Assembly: GCA_963924565.1 (NCBI GenBank)
Contig: OZ004610.1
Coordinates: 31,496,001-31,560,000 of the forward strand
Reading direction: 5' to 3'
Origin: Ascidiella aspersa
Taxonomy: Eukaryota
DNA length: 64,000 nucleotides
The first letter of the stretch is position 1. Each line of letters begins with the position of its first letter. The position numbers were made by a program, and so were the translations under genes. Shown piece by piece: positions 59,078 to 64,000 of this stretch. The notes below the pieces were generated by a model, which saw only the letters and a program-made list of their open reading frames with translations, had not been told where the DNA came from and did no database searches.

Positions 59078-59464
59078 CTGCGGAGTCGATTAAAAATAAC
59101 ACGAGTTCGACTCCAGCCAAAAAAATAAACCCGAGTCCGACTCCGGCCAAATATGCGATTTCGTCGAATCCCCAGTCCGGCTCGGACTCTACAGTCTGTA
59201 TTCCGCCAATTTACGTCTCTAAATAAAATAGATTTTTAGGAGTCCACTTATAGGGGTGACATATGTCTCAACCACGCACAATATGGTTGGAAAATATTCC
59301 ACCATATGCTGTTACGCATTTAGAGTTTGCGGTTTGAGGCCATAGTTTCGAAATTTGGTAATGCGCATGCGCACGTCATATTTGGATAGTTTTAAGTGGT
59401 CTTACTCGAGTCCGGATTTTTGAATTTGACTCCGTCAATCCCCGAGTCCGACTTCGCAGCCCTG
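59078..59464. mobile_element. GAGTCCGACTC-family MITE (copies also 8455-8690, 12505-12850, 27195-27400, 28825-29150)
   Basis: Shared CAGGGCTGCGGAGTCG-type ends and internal ATGGTTGGAAAATATT and GCGCATGCGCAC blocks in five copies. Confidence 0.8.
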
Positions 59465-60912
59465 ACTTGAACTGAAACATAGTTTTCCATTTTTGTGGAG
59501 TTATACCCACACATTAATATTCTCTAGTAATATTTGGAATGAATAGAAAACTATCAAAGTAAAAAATACAAGCGAGTATAAGAATAAAAAAATTCATCCG
59601 CTAGGTAGCGCAACGAGTACAAAAAATTATAAATAACAGACGACGAAGACTGACTAATTTGTTGATTGGTAGATTAATGACAAACAGCAATTTACCACCA
59701 CACTTAAGTTCTAGTGTAAAGTATTCAAAAACATAATAACCTACTTATTGAACGCTATTCAAAACCAAGTCGTATTGGATGGAATAAAAAACCTTGCAGT
59801 GACTGAGAACAAATCAAACTGCCTGGCATGGTGTAGTAATTAACAAATTTACTCGACCAAGAGAGACGCTAACTTAGTCTATCCCTGGCAATGCGTTTTA
59901 AATTAACTTTACTATGAAAGCAGTGACCAACACATGTTTTTGTCAGTTGCTTAGCTTTGATATTATTTTACCCTTGCAATGGTTAAATACTTTAGTACTA
60001 CCACATGTATTATAAACGTCATTCCTATAGTATACTTGGATCCCCGATCAACAATTTCACTTCGGCGAACTAAGGTGGTTAAGGGCATTCGTATATAGAA
60101 GCGGTTTCAGGAATTTTTTTTTGGGGGGGAGAGGGGGGGGGGCATGACATCCTTTATAGATGGCGTCATAAAGTTACGCCATAACCTAACGTCATAGAGA
60201 TAAGTTAAAACGTTACGTACAACCTTAAGAAAGAAAAGTTTTAGGTTAGAGAGGTGTGGCTTTCAATACAAAAGCTACATTACAATGATTTCCGCGCATA
60301 GCGAAATTTTTCATTTCCGAGGATACGATGATACGCACTGTGGGCTAAAAAATTTTTTTAAATGGGATAAGACGTACTAGAAACCTATTTCAACAAATTT
60401 TATGTTTGATGGCTCTTAAGGCAAACAACACCTTCATTCCTATCAGACCCCGATTTATGGCCTCCAATTAATCCACTCTCAACCGTTTATTGTATAAAGA
60501 GATTAAACCTCTTGAAATAACCATGGGTAGCCCGTTGAGCGATGAGTTAATGTACCAGTCTTGTGTCAAATCAGTGCTTCTTACTGCGGACCCCAATTTT
60601 TGTGTGCTTTGCGTGGACCAGAGTAAACAAGAAATTCTCAGAGATGACATCATAAATTGACGTCACATTTCAAAAAGACGTCAGAAATCCACTGTTTCCG
60701 GTCCAAAAATGTGGAAGTGAAACAAAGTATAAATACATTCAGTGCAAAAAAGGTTTAATTTGAATTAAACACTTAAAAAAAAAAATTAAAAAATTGATAA
60801 CTTTCCAAATATACGCTAATATTTTCAACCAAGCTTTCATGGACCCCTAAAACTAGTTCAAGTAGCCCCCAAGGGGTACATGGACCCTGGTTTAAGAACC
60901 CATGTCCTAAAT

Positions 60913-61427
60913 CAGGGGTTCCCAACCGGGGTAGTCGTACCCCTTGGGAGTACGAGATTGAACATCAAGGGGTACGGATATATTTAGGGCACAGATCAGA
61001 TTTTCAAACAGATTTTACGGTACAGTTTTATTTTGGAATGGTATATGTAGTATATGATATTATGCCATTACAGTCTTTGGTTAGAAAAACAAACATTTTA
61101 GTAACAAACCTCATTATTTAGTAAGAAACCTCATTGTCTTATTATAATGCGTTTTTTAACTGCAGATGAATCGAACCATCGTTTGAGCGAATTTTATCAA
61201 TGAAGCAGCGACCAATATCTCGCTGAGAAGTGACAAACAAAATAACTGACAATTAATTTCTTTTTTTTGCATTTGAAGTGAAATACCGGTTTGCCTTTTG
61301 ATTGTGCTATAAAATCAATGTAATTTAGTAATATATATATGAAAAATTCCATCAGAAATATGTGGGTATACGAAGAACGTTCTGACCTGACAAAGGGGGT
61401 ACGAGCAGAAAAAAGTTAGGATTCCTG
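60913..61427. mobile_element. Non-autonomous hAT element
   Basis: CAGGGGTTCCCAAC ... GTTAGGATTCCTG; TSD TCCTAAAT/CCCTAAAT; GGGGTACG subterminal motifs. Confidence 0.75.
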
Positions 61428-61434
61428 CCCTAAA

Positions 61435-61900
61435 TCGTCCAGCCATCCCGCTTAAAAGGCCCCTTCTTATGGGAGCGCGGTTAAATACGGCGTATTCCTG
61501 GCGAATTTCGACAGCTTTATGTACAGGCCTAATCAAAGGGGAAGGCCGCGGACAAGGAAGTCGCAGTGACGACGCTAATTGGATTGGCCGACGGAAATAG
61601 GCTCCTGGGAATGCGGGCCAAAATCGCGAGTCACTTCCAATGAGCACGAACGGTTGTCGCAAGGCCAACCGACACAATTTACCCGGCAGCCGAAAAATGG
61701 CGAAAGGGCAAGGCGAGCGTGGCGTTACGTCATACGCGTAGCTACATTGTGTTTGTGGGCCGCGTTTTTTTAGCAGAGCAACGATAACATCATCCGGGCG
61801 TTGACTCGCCTTTGCAGCGGCGCTTCTTGCTGTTAGTCAAACTTTTACGCTGATACGTTTTGGGCGTTAGACGTGACAAGCAAAAAGGCGTGGTGTGGTC
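61435..61900. promoter_or_regulatory. GC/CpG-rich promoter-like island, target gene not identified
   Basis: CCAAT boxes (ATTGGATTGG ~61577, CCAAT ~61637), ETS-like GGAAGT/CGGAAA/ACTTCC, YY1-like AAAATGGCG (~61694), CRE-like TTACGTCA (~61724). Confidence 0.5.
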
Positions 61901-62894
61901 TGTCCAAATAAAATAAAATGTAGTATGGTGGTTGTTTTGCCGCGTTTAACTGGTTAACAAACTGCGAGATTAAAAGAAGCGGTTTTGATAACGAAACTGA
62001 AAGCTATGTACAGAATACGAAAGGCTTAGTGCCTAATGTTCGTTGAGTATTATTTTCTGAAATTGCTTTATATCTATAGCTCTTATCGGTTTGAGGTTTA
62101 TTTACAAGTTGGATGCAATAATGTTTATTTTAAAACCGCGTTAAACAGTCTGGCAATTTGTTAAAGTCCTATATAAGTGAAAGTTCAACCGAAACTACAA
62201 AGAGTTAATTACAGTTTTATAGATTAAAGTAAGATACTATCGTACGATATTATTTATATAAGTACAGTGGTTCCGTTGTGTTATTTCTATTTTGGAGCAT
62301 AATGGTTGGAGGTCGTAGTAAGACTTCATAAGAATTTCAAAGCCCATACAGAAGTAGGTATCATTTTGAACGTTTCGAACAACTCTTTATTCATTTTCAA
62401 GATCATGTTAAAAATAAATAAGAGTTAAACGAAACGTTCAAAATGATACCTACTTCTGTATGGACTTTGATATTCTTATTACGTATTTCTATTTTAATTA
62501 AGGTTATCGTATTTTAAGCATTTAAAAAAATTCAATAATTTTAATTCAAGTTCTAAATTTGTAAAATAAATCTGTCAAATCAAAATTCTGAAATTAAAAT
62601 TTAATTAAATATTACCAAGAGTTTCTTGGTCCCAATCGACTTTTATTAAATAGTAAATCGGACTTAGCTAATGGACAAAAATGCGATTGCTTTTACACAA
62701 GCTAAATTTTTGTTATAAAGCAAAAAGTATTTCTGCGCTGGGCCCCATTTATCTTCCACATACGTAAATAAACGTCGTAAATAGTTTGTCGTAAGAGTTA
62801 CCCAAACTTGAACACCTCCCTTTGCTGTCATTTATTACAAATAAGATCCACAGGCATACCAAAGTGAGATGTGGTGTTTTTTTTATATAAACTG

Positions 62895-62998
62895 GTTCAG
62901 TCACACTAAGTGAAGATGATACAAGTTCGTATCGAAACGTCTTAATCAAGGTGCTGTCGATCTACTCGACCTTTTTGGCTTTGCAATTTATTATCAAA
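62895..62998 (+). repeat. Family-B hammerhead-bearing repeat (other copies 44688-44790 minus; partial 36552-36600)
   Basis: CTAA-GTGAAGA-T-GATAC-AAGTTC-GTATC-GAAA-CG-TC-TTAATC here. The 44.7-kb copy reads ATTAA-CTAAAGA-...-GTATC-GAAACGTC-TTAAT. The consensus of the two restores CTGAAGA and stem I. Confidence 0.65.
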
Positions 62999-64000
62999 CT
63001 GGTTAAATTTTATATAAACTGGTTAAAAGTAAGTTTCGTGAAGCGCAATTAGCAGTTACTTGTTTAAAGTTAAAGTTTGATCGGTTTTACGAATTGTTTA
63101 ATCTTTTTTGTCTTGAAAAAAGTTAAGTTTAACAGCGCATAATCAAGTTAAAAGTGGCAAGTGGAACAGAAAACTCTTTTTGTGCGCTCCACGCGGGAGC
63201 TCAGGCAAATATTTCGGGTTTACGGTTGCAACGCTTTCGAGGCTTTTCCTCGCAACGGCTATATACTTTAAATCGTGGTCTTTTGACCGGGGAAAGGCCA
63301 CAGGAAAGGGTTTCAGTTTTATCCGGAGCATTCTGGTGGTTTAAAATCAATTCCTCTATAGCGCCTTGTCAGAACGGGCAGTTCCCTTGGGAGCGCGGGT
63401 GAACTTATTACTATTGATTGCAGGCCATTTAGCAGCGCCGAGAAAACGATATAGACCCTGGCCGGGAGTTCCTAATCCCCTCCCCCCTCCAAACGCTCTC
63501 GATGCACCCGGGCCCTGCCCCAGTCGGAAAATAAGATTAGGCCTAGAAGTTTCAGTGGCTGGTGCGAGCGAGCGAAAATCTGAGACGAATAATATCGCGA
63601 AAAGACACCGTTTCGTCTTTGGCGAAAAATGCGTCAGCGAGAAAAGGTCCGGATCGATGCTAACCGAGTAGCAAGTGGAGCGAATAAATTGCGGAAACGC
63701 GCGCAACGACAAACAAAAATAAACATAAAAAACAGAAAAAAAAACGGTTATCTGACCCGAGAAAGTACAGAGCAGCAGGTCGTAGGCGTGAACTCGACTA
63801 CGGGGCATCCAGTGTCTTACCTTGGTGGAAAGAGGCAATCGAGAAATTTAGGGGTACAGTTTGTAATCAGACAAATGTTAAAAATACATGCGTCAACTTG
63901 AGTAGTAAATATGCTGTTGCTATACAACAGTGATTCCCAAACTGTGTGCTGCGACACACGAGTGTGCCTTGAGAGATTGTCAAGTGTGCCGCGAAGTTTT

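Noticed and set aside
63154-63901. Overlapping 82-160 aa ORFs on both strands
   Set aside because: No recognisable domain or exon structure; expected by chance in GC-rich sequence.

Overview
AT-rich, intron-dense eukaryotic DNA, probably from an invertebrate chordate (tunicate/ascidian). The taxon is inferred from gene content only. The supplied ORF track is mostly exon fragments or noise, so I assembled the genes by hand from GT-AG exons with consistent phases. Four genes result. (1) A 5'-incomplete CCDC178-like coiled-coil gene (+, <1-14158) with one in-frame TAA in a conserved exon. (2) LTV1 (-, 14159-20371), whose stop codon directly abuts the CCDC178 stop with a 0-bp gap, forcing antisense overlap. 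(3) A signal peptide-EGF-ZP-furin site-TM gene (-, 22155-26264). (4) A 25-exon vitamin K-dependent Gas6/protein S-like gene (-, 27011-53304): Gla + 16 EGF + Pro-rich linker + 2 LamG, with three antisense tRNA-Val(TAC) genes in its introns. Non-coding DNA holds many hAT-type MITEs with 8-bp TSDs, a decayed Charlie/GTF2IRD2-type transposase, and eight minimal type-I hammerhead ribozyme motifs in three repeat families. These include one fully intact copy and a divergent inverted pair, resembling Penelope-like/retrozyme repeats. Homology calls come from remembered family motifs, not database searches.
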